From a plasmid: 64,000 bases of DNA. The DNA lies in sequence record NZ_CP085281.1. One strand, written 5' to 3'. Below, one piece after another: positions 28,697-37,900 of this stretch. Numbering within the stretch: the stretch's first letter is position 1; each line of letters opens with the position of its first letter. The notes under the pieces were generated by a model, which was not told the origin of the DNA, did no database searches, and saw nothing but the letters and a program-made list of their open reading frames with translations. A program made the position numbers and the translations under genes.

Positions 28697-29033
28697 GGGG
28701 ACGTGTCGTCGCCGCTGCTCAGCGGCGCAGTGGGGTCGCTCCTTCGGTGAGGTCCCTTCGGGGTGTGCCCCCTGCTGCCCGGGTCCGCAATCGCTTGGTG
28801 GCCCGACCGGGGCGGCGAATCGTCATCGTCGCTCGTCTCGGAGCCGGCGCACGTATCGGGCGACGGGGACGTGTCGTCGCCGCTGCTCAGCGGCGCAGTG
28901 GGGTCGCTCCTTCGGTGAGGTCCCTTCGGGGTGTGCCCCCTGCTGCCCGGGTCCGCAATCGCTTGGTGGCCCGACCGGGGCGGCGAATCGTCATCGTCGC
29001 TCGTCTCGGAGCCGGCGCACGTATCGGGCGATG
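28697..29033. repeat. Perfect tandem direct duplication, 2 x 168 bp
   Basis: The unit starting acgtgtcgtcgccgctgctcagcggcgcagtgggg... runs 168 bp and is repeated identically at 28701 and 28869. Each unit contains the hairpin gccgctg-ct-cagcggc. Confidence 0.85.
28879..28894 (-). terminator. Putative stem-loop (GC hairpin) inside each repeat unit, downstream of the 28991-29227 gene
   Basis: gccgctgctcagcggc is an inverted repeat with 6-7 bp arms. There is no clear U-tract, so this is only a tentative call. Confidence 0.2.
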
Positions 29034-29227
29034 TCGTCGACGCGGTCGGCGATCGCGTCGAGATTCCCTTCGATGACGAGGCCGTCGTTCTCTTCGCCGA
29101 GGAACAGTGCCCAGGGCTGAGTTACGGCTTCCGCCGAGGCAGCGTCGTGCACCGGGGTGCCCAACGCCTCTGGGGCGTGTTCGCGGTCCACCAACAGATA
29201 GTTGAGGTGATCGGCGGGGACCAGCCG
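28991..29227 (-). CDS. Small hypothetical protein whose last 14 codons and stop lie inside the 168-bp repeat
   Basis: ...EENDGLVIEGNLDAIADRVDDIARYVRRLRDERR followed by a stop. A possible GTG start lies near 29227. Confidence 0.35.
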   Translation of the reverse strand, partial: RLVPADHLNYLLVDREHAPEALGTPVHDAASAEAVTQPWALFLGEENDGLVIEGNLDAIADRVDDIARYVRRLRDERR

Positions 29228-29235
29228 TGTGGTGG

Positions 29236-29457
29236 TCACCGTGGGACCTCCTGGTCCGCTGCCGCCGCGTCGGTGTCGTCGAGCCACCACTGGCCTTCCT
29301 CTTCGGCGTACTGGCGGTCGGCGCAGTTGCCGCAGGCTCCGTTCCACCCTTCGCCGTCGTCGAGGGAGGCAGTGCAGCCTTCCTCGTAGGGGTCAGAACA
29401 GATGTCGTTGGCATCCAGGTCGTCGACGGCGTTCTCGGTAGCCGGTGTGGTTGTCAT
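29236..29457 (-). CDS. Small very acidic hypothetical protein
   Basis: 73 aa, rich in Asp/Glu with 5 Cys. Confidence 0.35.
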   Translation of the reverse strand: MTTTPATENAVDDLDANDICSDPYEEGCTASLDDGEGWNGACGNCADRQYAEEEGQWWLDDTDAAAADQEVPR

Positions 29458-29900
29458 CAGAGCATCCCGGCGAGGTGGTCGGAGTAGATGTCGGCAGCCT
29501 GTGCACGCAAGGCGCGCAGCACGGTGCGGGCATCGTGCGCAGTCAGCATTTCGAGGGAAACGTCCTCGCCGTCAATGCAATACATGCTTGATGTCACCCT
29601 TCGGGGGCTCGGTGACCGGGCCCTCGGGCCTGGCCGGTTGGTGTGGCGTCCTCTGTGTGAGTCGCTGCGTTCAGTGTATCGCGGGGATCCGACAGATCCG
29701 GGTGCCGTGATGCGCTCTCGGTCGATTGGCGTGGTCGCGGGGAATGCGGGCGGTTTGGCGTCCATACCAAAGAAGTACCGTCGCCGGGGCCTGTTTCCGT
29801 CGTGGCCGACGGGTCAGACTTCGGCTAGGCCGGTTTGGGTCATCGCACGGGGTGGGCCCGCCTCGGCGCTGCGGGTGAGCACCGGCAGGGTCTGGCGGCC

Positions 29901-30161
29901 TCATGGCCACGGGTCATCCTCCGCCCACCGTTCACCAGCTGCCAGGGGATCGAAGTCGGCGGGTGCCATTTCGGGGTAGCGAGCGCGGATGGCGGCCATC
30001 TTCGGGGCGGTGCGCTCGTAATAGACCTCCCAGTGGTGGTCGCAGCGGCTGTAGTACTCGCCGCTACCTGACAGCGCGGGCCGGGGGAACACCTCACCGC
30101 GGCAGTCCTGGGGACCATCGAGGCAGTCGTCGGTGTCGTGGGTCGTGCTTGCGTCGGGCAT
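29901..30161 (-). CDS. Small hypothetical protein (86 aa)
   Basis: The ORF is trimmed to start at MPDASTTHD. Confidence 0.35.
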   Translation of the reverse strand: MPDASTTHDTDDCLDGPQDCRGEVFPRPALSGSGEYYSRCDHHWEVYYERTAPKMAAIRARYPEMAPADFDPLAAGERWAEDDPWP

Positions 30162-30300
30162 TGCGTGATCCTTCCATCGGTGACCTGCCCCTCGGGGACG
30201 GCCGGTTATGTTGTGCGACTGCGCTTCCGCTTCTATAGACCAACGGTAGCAACGGCCTCCGACACCGCCACTCCGGAAGCGAACCTGTCTGTTGTCTCTG

Positions 30301-30936
30301 TCAGGAGCGTCGGTATGTGGACTCGAGTTCGAGGGGCTCGCCGGTTTGGGCCGCGGTGCGGATCTTGGCCAGGGCCGTGGTGGTGATGCCGGTATCCCGG
30401 TCTGCGGGGTCGACGTCGAGGCAGCCCAGGATGGTGTACAGCTCGTCGTCGGATAGGTCGCCGGCCCGGTGCAAGGTGATCGCACCTATGAGGGCTTCGA
30501 GCATGACGCGCTCTTCGGGCGCGTACTTCGAGAATTCGGCGCCGGCCCACGCCATCGGTTCGTCATTGGCGCGGCTGAGCCGCTTGAGTGCGCCGTCCAC
30601 ATCGCCGCGGAAGCGGCGCACGAAGACCGCATCGTCGTCGCTGAGGTCGGGGTTGGCCAGTTCGGCTTCGGCGTCGGTGAGCCACCGTTCGAGCATGGCG
30701 TAGACACCTTTGCGGTCGGCGAACGCGATTGCCCGCCAGAAGGTCCGGAACGCGCCCATGTAGCGCTTGTCCTTGGGGTGGCGGGGCACCAAGTGGGACC
30801 GAATCACGATGTCGCCGTTCTTGGATTTGGCGACCTTGCCTACCCAGGATGGGGTGAGTCGACCCTCGGGGAACTCCACCGGTGTTGCTGGCGGGAACCA
30901 GGGCTGCTCCGGCGAGTACACGCGGTTATCGGTCAT
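30301..30936 (-). CDS. Hypothetical protein
   Basis: The ORF is trimmed to start at MTDNRVYSPEQ. Confidence 0.45.
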   Translation of the reverse strand: MTDNRVYSPEQPWFPPATPVEFPEGRLTPSWVGKVAKSKNGDIVIRSHLVPRHPKDKRYMGAFRTFWRAIAFADRKGVYAMLERWLTDAEAELANPDLSDDDAVFVRRFRGDVDGALKRLSRANDEPMAWAGAEFSKYAPEERVMLEALIGAITLHRAGDLSDDELYTILGCLDVDPADRDTGITTTALAKIRTAAQTGEPLELESTYRRS

Positions 30937-31063
30937 GACAGGGGCTCCTTTGGTATGGGCTGGGTGTGCTGCCGGCGGCAGTGCTGCCGTGCAACCACGC
31001 TGGGTGCAGGGCCGACGGCATGTCCCCCGGCGCTGCATAGATGGTGGGCGGCGGGTGTGGTGG

Positions 31064-31540
31064 TCATAGCAGCCCCGCAGGGCTGAGGTGGATGCCGAGC
31101 ACGATGCCGACCAGTAGCGCGAGCACCATCAGGGCGGTGGCCAGCGCGGTCGCTGCGGGGGGCCAGTGGCGGAGGTTCAGGGGCGAGGGCGCGGTACGGA
31201 TCCAGTAGTTCAGCGTGGCGCGCAGCGCGTCGGGGTGGGTGGGTGAGTGCTCCATGGCTGTGCGGACCCACTGCCAGCGCACGCCTTGGTTCAGCATGAC
31301 CGCCGCGACCTGGGCGCGCAGGACGTCGGTGTCGCTGAAGCGCCGCCCTGGGGCGCCGGGTCTGTCGCTGGGGCCGCCAGGCCGTAGGAGTTCGGCGATG
31401 ATCGGCCCGGGGAGGCCGACGCGGATCGCGATTTCTTCTTCTGTCAGATGCATGCGTGGGTTCCCATCCGGGTTGTGGGACTGGGTACGCGTACCCGGCC
31501 GATTGTTGTCGTTGTGTGCCGTGAAGGCTTCGTTGATCAC
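31064..31540 (-). CDS. Hypothetical protein with a C-terminal transmembrane helix
   Basis: The C-terminal segment ALATALMVLALLVGIVLGI is hydrophobic. Confidence 0.4.
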   Translation of the reverse strand: MINEAFTAHNDNNRPGTRTQSHNPDGNPRMHLTEEEIAIRVGLPGPIIAELLRPGGPSDRPGAPGRRFSDTDVLRAQVAAVMLNQGVRWQWVRTAMEHSPTHPDALRATLNYWIRTAPSPLNLRHWPPAATALATALMVLALLVGIVLGIHLSPAGLL

Positions 31541-31882
31541 TGTACTGAGTGGTTTCTCCGGGCCGTCAGGTGAGGGTGTCGGCCGGTTTGATCGTTTCGA
31601 GGTGGGCGCAGATCTGATCGAGCGTGGGCAGGCTCAGGTCGGCCCATCGTGCGCTGCCGCCGTCGCCGAAGTCGATCCAGACCGTTCCAGTGGGTTCCGG
31701 TACTCCCGCCGCATCCGCGGAGGGTCCAGGCTTGCTGTCGACGGCGGAGAGATGCGATGTGGAGGTTGTATCCATTGTGGGGCTTCCTTTTTCGGTGGTG
31801 GGCCGGACTCTCGTGCCTGGCCGTATGGGTGACTCTTGCGCTTGTCGACTGTAGTGGTGGGCACCGACATTTGAGCCGCTGT

Positions 31883-32692
31883 CTAGTCGAGGATGCTCAA
31901 GGTGATGATGGTGCGCACGGTGAAGACGCGGGTGATGTCACCGTTCCAGTCGACCAAGATCTGCTGCGCAATTTGCTCGCCGAGGATCTCCTTCTGGGTG
32001 TCGATGTCCTCGGCGGCGTAGGCCTCGATGAAGTAGTCGGCGTCGTCTCCGTCGAGGGTGAGCTTGTCCGCGAGATGTTTGTCGACGTCAAGGGTCTCGG
32101 GCTCGTTCTCGCTGCGCTGCCCGTGTTGCAGGTCCCCGACGACGTTGAAGTCGATGACCATGGTCTCGGAGGTGTGGATGGGGCCGCCGGAGTCACGCCA
32201 TCGGCGTGCTTGGCCGGTGCTGATCTTGGCTCTGGAGGCGAACTGTTTGATACCGCCTGCGCGGTCGATGGCGGCCTGGCGGTCCAGGCGTTGTTGGTCG
32301 GCTCCCTTCGGGGTGCGCCCTTTGGAGGCGTTGCGGGTAATGGTGCTTGCCGCTGGTCGTTTTCCGGTTTCCCGTTCGAGGCGCTTGGCCATCTCGTCGG
32401 TGCCACGGCGGCGCGCCTCGGCTCGGCGTTTGGATTCTGAAATGCCCTGCCAGCGTTGCGTTTTGCTGAGTTCACGGAACTTGCGTTCGACGAGTGATCG
32501 GAATGCTGCGCCGAAGCCCTTGCCGGCGGGCTGCTGCGGGCCCGGACCGCCCGGCGGCGTGGTGGCAGCGCTGGGCGCCGGCGACGACGGTGGGGGCGGC
32601 GTCGGAGACGAGCTGGCGAAGCGTCCCTTCTTCACTGGTCGTCTCTTTGCGCCTCGGTGCCGTCCGTGGCGGGCTGATCGGCGCTGGTCCAT
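31883..32692 (-). CDS. Basic N-terminus / acidic C-terminus hypothetical protein, possibly DNA-binding
   Basis: The N-terminal half is Lys/Arg-rich and the C-terminal half is acidic. The start is uncertain because it overlaps the gene upstream. Confidence 0.45.
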   Translation of the reverse strand: MDQRRSARHGRHRGAKRRPVKKGRFASSSPTPPPPSSPAPSAATTPPGGPGPQQPAGKGFGAAFRSLVERKFRELSKTQRWQGISESKRRAEARRRGTDEMAKRLERETGKRPAASTITRNASKGRTPKGADQQRLDRQAAIDRAGGIKQFASRAKISTGQARRWRDSGGPIHTSETMVIDFNVVGDLQHGQRSENEPETLDVDKHLADKLTLDGDDADYFIEAYAAEDIDTQKEILGEQIAQQILVDWNGDITRVFTVRTIITLSILD

Positions 32693-34449
32693 TTGATCCG
32701 GTATTTGCCGTTGGCAGTGGACTTCTCGTCGAGGATCGCGGGGTCGGTTCCTGCTGGGACGCGGTAGATCCAGGCGTCGAGTTCGGCGGCGATCGGGTAG
32801 AGGCCGTGTGTCGAGGCGATGCCGGCCGCGTAGCGCAGGGCCCGGAATCGTGTGTCGGCGCGGATCGCGGCGTACCAGGCCGGTTGCTGGTGTTCACGTT
32901 GGTAGGGCGCCCATTTGTCGCTGGCCATTCGCCCGAGGTAGGTCGTGTAGATCGCCTTGATCATCTGCTGGTAGTCCAGTCGGTCGGCGTCTCGGGCTTC
33001 CTGGAGCTTGCTGCGCAGGGCGTCGGCCCATCCCCGGAGCAGTCGGGACTGCTCCGGCCAGACCCATGCGCTGGTGATGTCGAGTTCCTCGACGGCCAGG
33101 CCCGCGCCGCCGGATTCCACGGGCGCGGTGAGGTGCTGGATGCTGCGGGTGGTGACCCACAAGGTGGTGGGCTCCTTCCAGTGCATGCCCGGATGTGGCA
33201 GCGGCAGCTTTGTGGTCAGTCCGTCCATCTGCTCTGCCGGGGGCAGGTTGAGTCGCCAGAGGCCGAACGGGGGGCGTTGTTCGTGGAAGACGTCGACCTT
33301 GACTCGGTGCATCTCCTTGGGCTTGCCGAAGCCGAGTTCGACCTGCCCGGCGGAAGCGAGGTAGGCCGCTCGTTGATCGACCTGGACGTCGATGGCGTCT
33401 TCACGCCCGCGGTGCGGACGGTTGTCCCACTTGACCGGGAGGGTGGGTTCCAGATCGGCGCCAGCCTCCACGGTGACTTCGGTGGGCAGCGGGCAAGCCT
33501 CGATCGCCTTGGTTCGCCCTGACTGTCGTTTGCGGTCGAGGAGCTGGGCTCCCACGGTGGCCCATCTTGACGCCGGGACGAGGCCGGCGTCACCGATGCC
33601 GGCGAGCCAGGCGATGCGGTCGGCCAGGATCCTGACGGCCTCGGATTCATCCTCGGGCAATTCCGTCGGGGTTCCCTCGATCCCGGCCACGCCCATGTCG
33701 CCGGGGCGTTGCGGCGGCTGGTCCAGATAGAGCAGCGGCACCAAGACGATCTGTGCTTTGCGCGTGGTTCCGTCATGGTCGGTGAATCGACATGTGAACC
33801 AACCCGATTGGCTCCAGGTCACCTCACATCCGAAGGTCTGGGCAACCAGTGCCGCCACGTCGTCGGGCAGGTTGTCCATCGGCACGCCCAGTGCGGCGAG
33901 CGCCTCGTAGGTGAACCACACCTGCGGTTGGTCCTTGGGCTTGGGTCCCCAGTTCCAGACCAGGAACTTGTGCAGCGCGTCGCCGTTGGGCATGGGCCCG
34001 GCCACGACCACACCTGAGGGCTTGACGATGCCCCTACTGGTGGCGATCGCGACGCGGCCGTCGGCGATGATCGGGGTGTTGGTCCACTGCCGACTCTTCG
34101 GCTCCCATGGGGACGTGCCGTCATCGCTGGTCTCTGCCTGCCCTTGGTTCGTGGCCTCGGGCTCGGGGGTGGTGTCGAGGACGCGCTCTTCGTACTCCCG
34201 GACGGTCTCCTCGAACCAGCCTCTCCAGAAACCGTTCTCTCGCGAACGGTCCCCGATCGTCATATCGGAGTCGGGGAAGTCGGTGGGAAGGGCGCTGCGG
34301 CCGATCCGGGCCACCACCTGTTGACGGGACAGGCCCACCAAATCCTCTGGCGTGCCCTTGGTTTCGATATACCACTGGAGGATGTCGTTGGTTTCGTCGT
34401 CGGCGTCCAGACGGTATGTGCGACCGCCTACGGTCAGTCGATAGAGCAT
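32632..34449 (-). CDS. Large hypothetical protein
   Basis: About 605 aa, trimmed to start at MLYRLTVGG. No family recognised. Confidence 0.55.
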   Translation of the reverse strand: MLYRLTVGGRTYRLDADDETNDILQWYIETKGTPEDLVGLSRQQVVARIGRSALPTDFPDSDMTIGDRSRENGFWRGWFEETVREYEERVLDTTPEPEATNQGQAETSDDGTSPWEPKSRQWTNTPIIADGRVAIATSRGIVKPSGVVVAGPMPNGDALHKFLVWNWGPKPKDQPQVWFTYEALAALGVPMDNLPDDVAALVAQTFGCEVTWSQSGWFTCRFTDHDGTTRKAQIVLVPLLYLDQPPQRPGDMGVAGIEGTPTELPEDESEAVRILADRIAWLAGIGDAGLVPASRWATVGAQLLDRKRQSGRTKAIEACPLPTEVTVEAGADLEPTLPVKWDNRPHRGREDAIDVQVDQRAAYLASAGQVELGFGKPKEMHRVKVDVFHEQRPPFGLWRLNLPPAEQMDGLTTKLPLPHPGMHWKEPTTLWVTTRSIQHLTAPVESGGAGLAVEELDITSAWVWPEQSRLLRGWADALRSKLQEARDADRLDYQQMIKAIYTTYLGRMASDKWAPYQREHQQPAWYAAIRADTRFRALRYAAGIASTHGLYPIAAELDAWIYRVPAGTDPAILDEKSTANGKYRIKWTSADQPATDGTEAQRDDQ

Positions 34450-34468
34450 GGGGTCTCCCCGTTCTGGT

Positions 34469-34762
34469 TCAGCGTTGGTCTTTGCGTGGCGGCGGGATGT
34501 GGATGGCGAGTGCATCCGGTAGACGTCCTTGGCGCCATCGCAGGCGCAGCGATTCCACCGCGCTGGCGGTGCGTCCGACCCGAAGGGCGGCTTCGGGAAC
34601 GGACAGGGTCAGGTCCAGGGCCGTTTTGGCGTCATCGACGTTCCACGGTTTTTTGACGTTCTGCGGGCGTCCCGGCACAGCGGTTCGCCTGGCGCGCCGT
34701 TCGACGTAGCGGCGGCGTTCCTCACGGCGTCCCTCGGCGAAGCCGGCTCCGTCGTAATCCAT
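34469..34762 (-). CDS. Small basic hypothetical protein overlapping the start of the large gene
   Basis: MDYDGAGFAEGRREERRRYVERRARR...; 20-bp overlap with the next gene. Confidence 0.35.
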   Translation of the reverse strand: MDYDGAGFAEGRREERRRYVERRARRTAVPGRPQNVKKPWNVDDAKTALDLTLSVPEAALRVGRTASAVESLRLRWRQGRLPDALAIHIPPPRKDQR

Positions 34763-34958
34763 GGCTACACCGTAACACCCCTCAGGCATTACGGTCGGAA
34801 TACCTGAGTAGTATGTTGATACGAGCGTGGCGCCAGTCGCTGCCGGCCGAAGTTGTCAGAGGTCGTCGCTACAGTGCCCAACGAACGCCGGAACACGTTC
34901 CGGCGCTACTGAACCGGCCAGCCCCGAGGGGTTGGTCACCGAACCGAAAGGTGCTCCG

Positions 34959-37900
34959 ATGGCTCCTACTCTTTCCGCTGCCCGCGCCGCGCTCCACGCT
35001 GTTCACGCCCTACATGATCTGCGCCCTGGCGCCTCCCCCACCCCGCAACAGCGCGCCGTTCTGCTGCGCTTCCCCGGCTGGGGTACTGCTGCACCCTTGT
35101 TTGATTCGCAACCGGCCAAGTCGTGGGCTGCGCTGGCCGATGAACTCGAGGATCTGGATCCCTCTGCGATGAAGGCCGCCGCGCGGGTGGTCGATACGTC
35201 GTTCTACACCCCGCCGGTCTTGATCGAGCACATCTACCGACTGTTGCAGCACGCCGGCTTCCACGGGGGCGAGGTCCTGGATTTGGGCTGCGGTACCGGC
35301 CGCTTCCTGAGCCATGCCCCGACCGATCTGCCGATCGCCTACACCGGTGTCGACGTCGATCCGGTCGCCGCCCGCATCGGCGCCGTGTTGCATCCCGAGG
35401 CAACGATTCTCGCCGAGCGTCTCCAGAACGTCTCGTTGCCCAGCAACCGCTTTGACGCGGCCGTGGGCAATGTGCCGTTTTCGGCTGCCAACGTCTCTGA
35501 CCCGGGTATCGACTTCCACGGGCCGCTGCATGAGTACTTCCTGGTGCGCGCGGCGCGGGCGGTGCGCCCAGGCGGTTACGTGGTGATGGTGACCTCGCGG
35601 CACACCTTGGATGCGGCGGCCGGGTTGTCGTACTCGCTGCGGGCGCACGCCGACCTACTGGCGGCCATTCGTCTACCGGCGGGCTACTTCGCCGCCGAGG
35701 GCACCGATGTGGTCGCTGACGTGTTGGTGCTGCGGGCCCGCGACGTCGACGAGCCGCGCCAGGGGTGGGACCCCCGACAACCCGGGGAGTTGCTGAGCGG
35801 CACCGATGGCCAGGGGCGCTCCGCTTCGGCTCGCGTGAGCGCATTCTGGTCGGCCCACCCGGAGCTGGTCGCCGGGACGATGCGGCTGACGGGGTTTCAT
35901 CAGAACCCGGTCACGGTTGAGGCTGATGATCCGCACGGCTCGGTCGCTGAAGCCTTCGGCGCCGCCCGCCGCTTGCTGGTGCCGTATCCGACCGGCAACG
36001 CGGTCAGCAGCACGTTCTCCGATGTCGTGCTCACCGATGCCGAGGGACGCAAGGAGGGCTCGTTTCACCTCGTCGACGGGAAGATGGCGCGTGTCGTCGA
36101 GGGCCAGCTGCAGCCCGTTGTGCGGCCTAGCAAGGAGCTGCACGCCCTCGTCGCGCTGCGGGACGCCACGGTCGCCCTGGTCACCGCTGAGGCCGATTGG
36201 GACACCCAGGATTCGGCTCTGGATTCGTTGCGCACCACGTGCCGCGAGGCCTACCTGGCCTACGTGGAGCGCTTCGGTCCCCTCAACCGCGGCACGCTGA
36301 TCGAGGGCAAGATTGACCCTGACACCGGTCTACCCAAGCTGAGCTGGCGCGTCCCCACCATGTCGGGTTTCCGTGGAGATCCTGACGCCGCGCTGGTGTT
36401 CGCCTTGGAACGTTTCGACCAGGAGACCGGTGATGCCGCGCCGGCGGCCATCCTGCAGCGCCGGGTCAACCGGCGCCCCGTTCCCGTCACCCGTGTGGAC
36501 ACTGCCGGTGAGGCGATGGCCGTCTCCCTGGGCGAAGGCCGTGGCCTCGACCTGAGTCGCGTCGCCGAACTGTTGGGATTGCCCACCACAGAGGCCGCGT
36601 TCGCCGCGCTCGGGGATCTGGCCTACCGAGATCCCGCCACCGGTGCCGTGTGCACGGCCCGCGACTACTTGTGCGGCGATGTCCGCACCAAGTTGCAGGA
36701 CGCTCTGGCTGCTGCCGCGACCGACCCCTCCTATGAGCGCAATGTGACGGCGTTGCAAGAGGTTCAGCCGCGCTGGCTGGGCCGCGACGAGGTGCGTATC
36801 GAGCTGGGCTCACCATGGGTGACCGCTGGCGACATCGAGGACTTCTGCCGCGAGGTGTTCGGCGCGAAATGGGTCAAGGTCCATCACATTGCACCGCTGG
36901 CGGCGTGGGAAATTCAGGGAAACGCCCGTGAGATCAACCCCGAGGCGAAGATCACCTACACCACCACCCGCAAGTCGGCGTTCGACCTGCTGCAGGCCGG
37001 GCTGAATAGCACCTCCCCGACCGTGTACGACGAGGTTTACGACCCCATCGCCCGCAGCACCCGACGGGTCCGCAACGCCGATGAGACCGAGGCGGCGCAA
37101 GCCGCTCTGACCGCGATCGAGCAGCGCTTCTCGTTGTGGGTCTGGGAGTCACCACAACGCGAGCAGCGTCTCCTCGATCGCTACAACCACGCGATGAACT
37201 CCCACGTTCTGCGTCGCGATGATGGCTCCTACCTGACGTTCCCTGGACTCGCCGACGACTTGGAACTGTGGTGGTGGCAGCGCGATTTCGTCGACCGCGC
37301 ACTATCCATCCCCGCCGCCTTCAATGCCCACGAAGTCGGCTTAGGGAAAACGCGTACAGCTATTGCGTTGTGTATGACGTTGCGCCAGTTCGGAATTGCC
37401 AACCGCCCTCTCTACATTGTGCCGAATCACCTTATCGAACAGGCACAAAGAGAGACCTTGCAATCCGCCCCGGCGGGCAAGATCCTGGTGGTCACCCGCG
37501 AGGACCTGACCCGCTACGGCCGGCGCCTGTTCGCCGCGCGCTGCGCCACCGGCGACTGGGACATGGTGATCATGACGCACGAAACGTTCGCATCCATGCC
37601 GGTGCCGGCCGAGGTGGAGCGTGAATGGCTCGACGATCAACTCGCCGAGCTGGAGGACTACAAACGCAGCCAAGGCGACAACGGTAAGCGCATCGCCGCG
37701 GCTGTGCGTTCGCTGGAGGGCCGCATCGAGCGGCTGCGCGATGTCGCCACCGACGCCGATGCAATCACCTTCGACATGCTGGGCATCGACTATCTGGCGG
37801 TCGACGAGGCCGACCGCTTCCGCCGGCTGCCGATTACGACGCGAGCGGAAGGGTTCAGCCTGGGCGCCAGTAAGCGGGCCACCGATCTGTTGCTGAAGCT

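Noticed and set aside
28747-29076. 109-aa plus-strand ORF with an internal 56-aa repeat
   Set aside because: It is produced by the perfect 168-bp tandem DNA duplication. The product is Arg/Gly/Val low-complexity.
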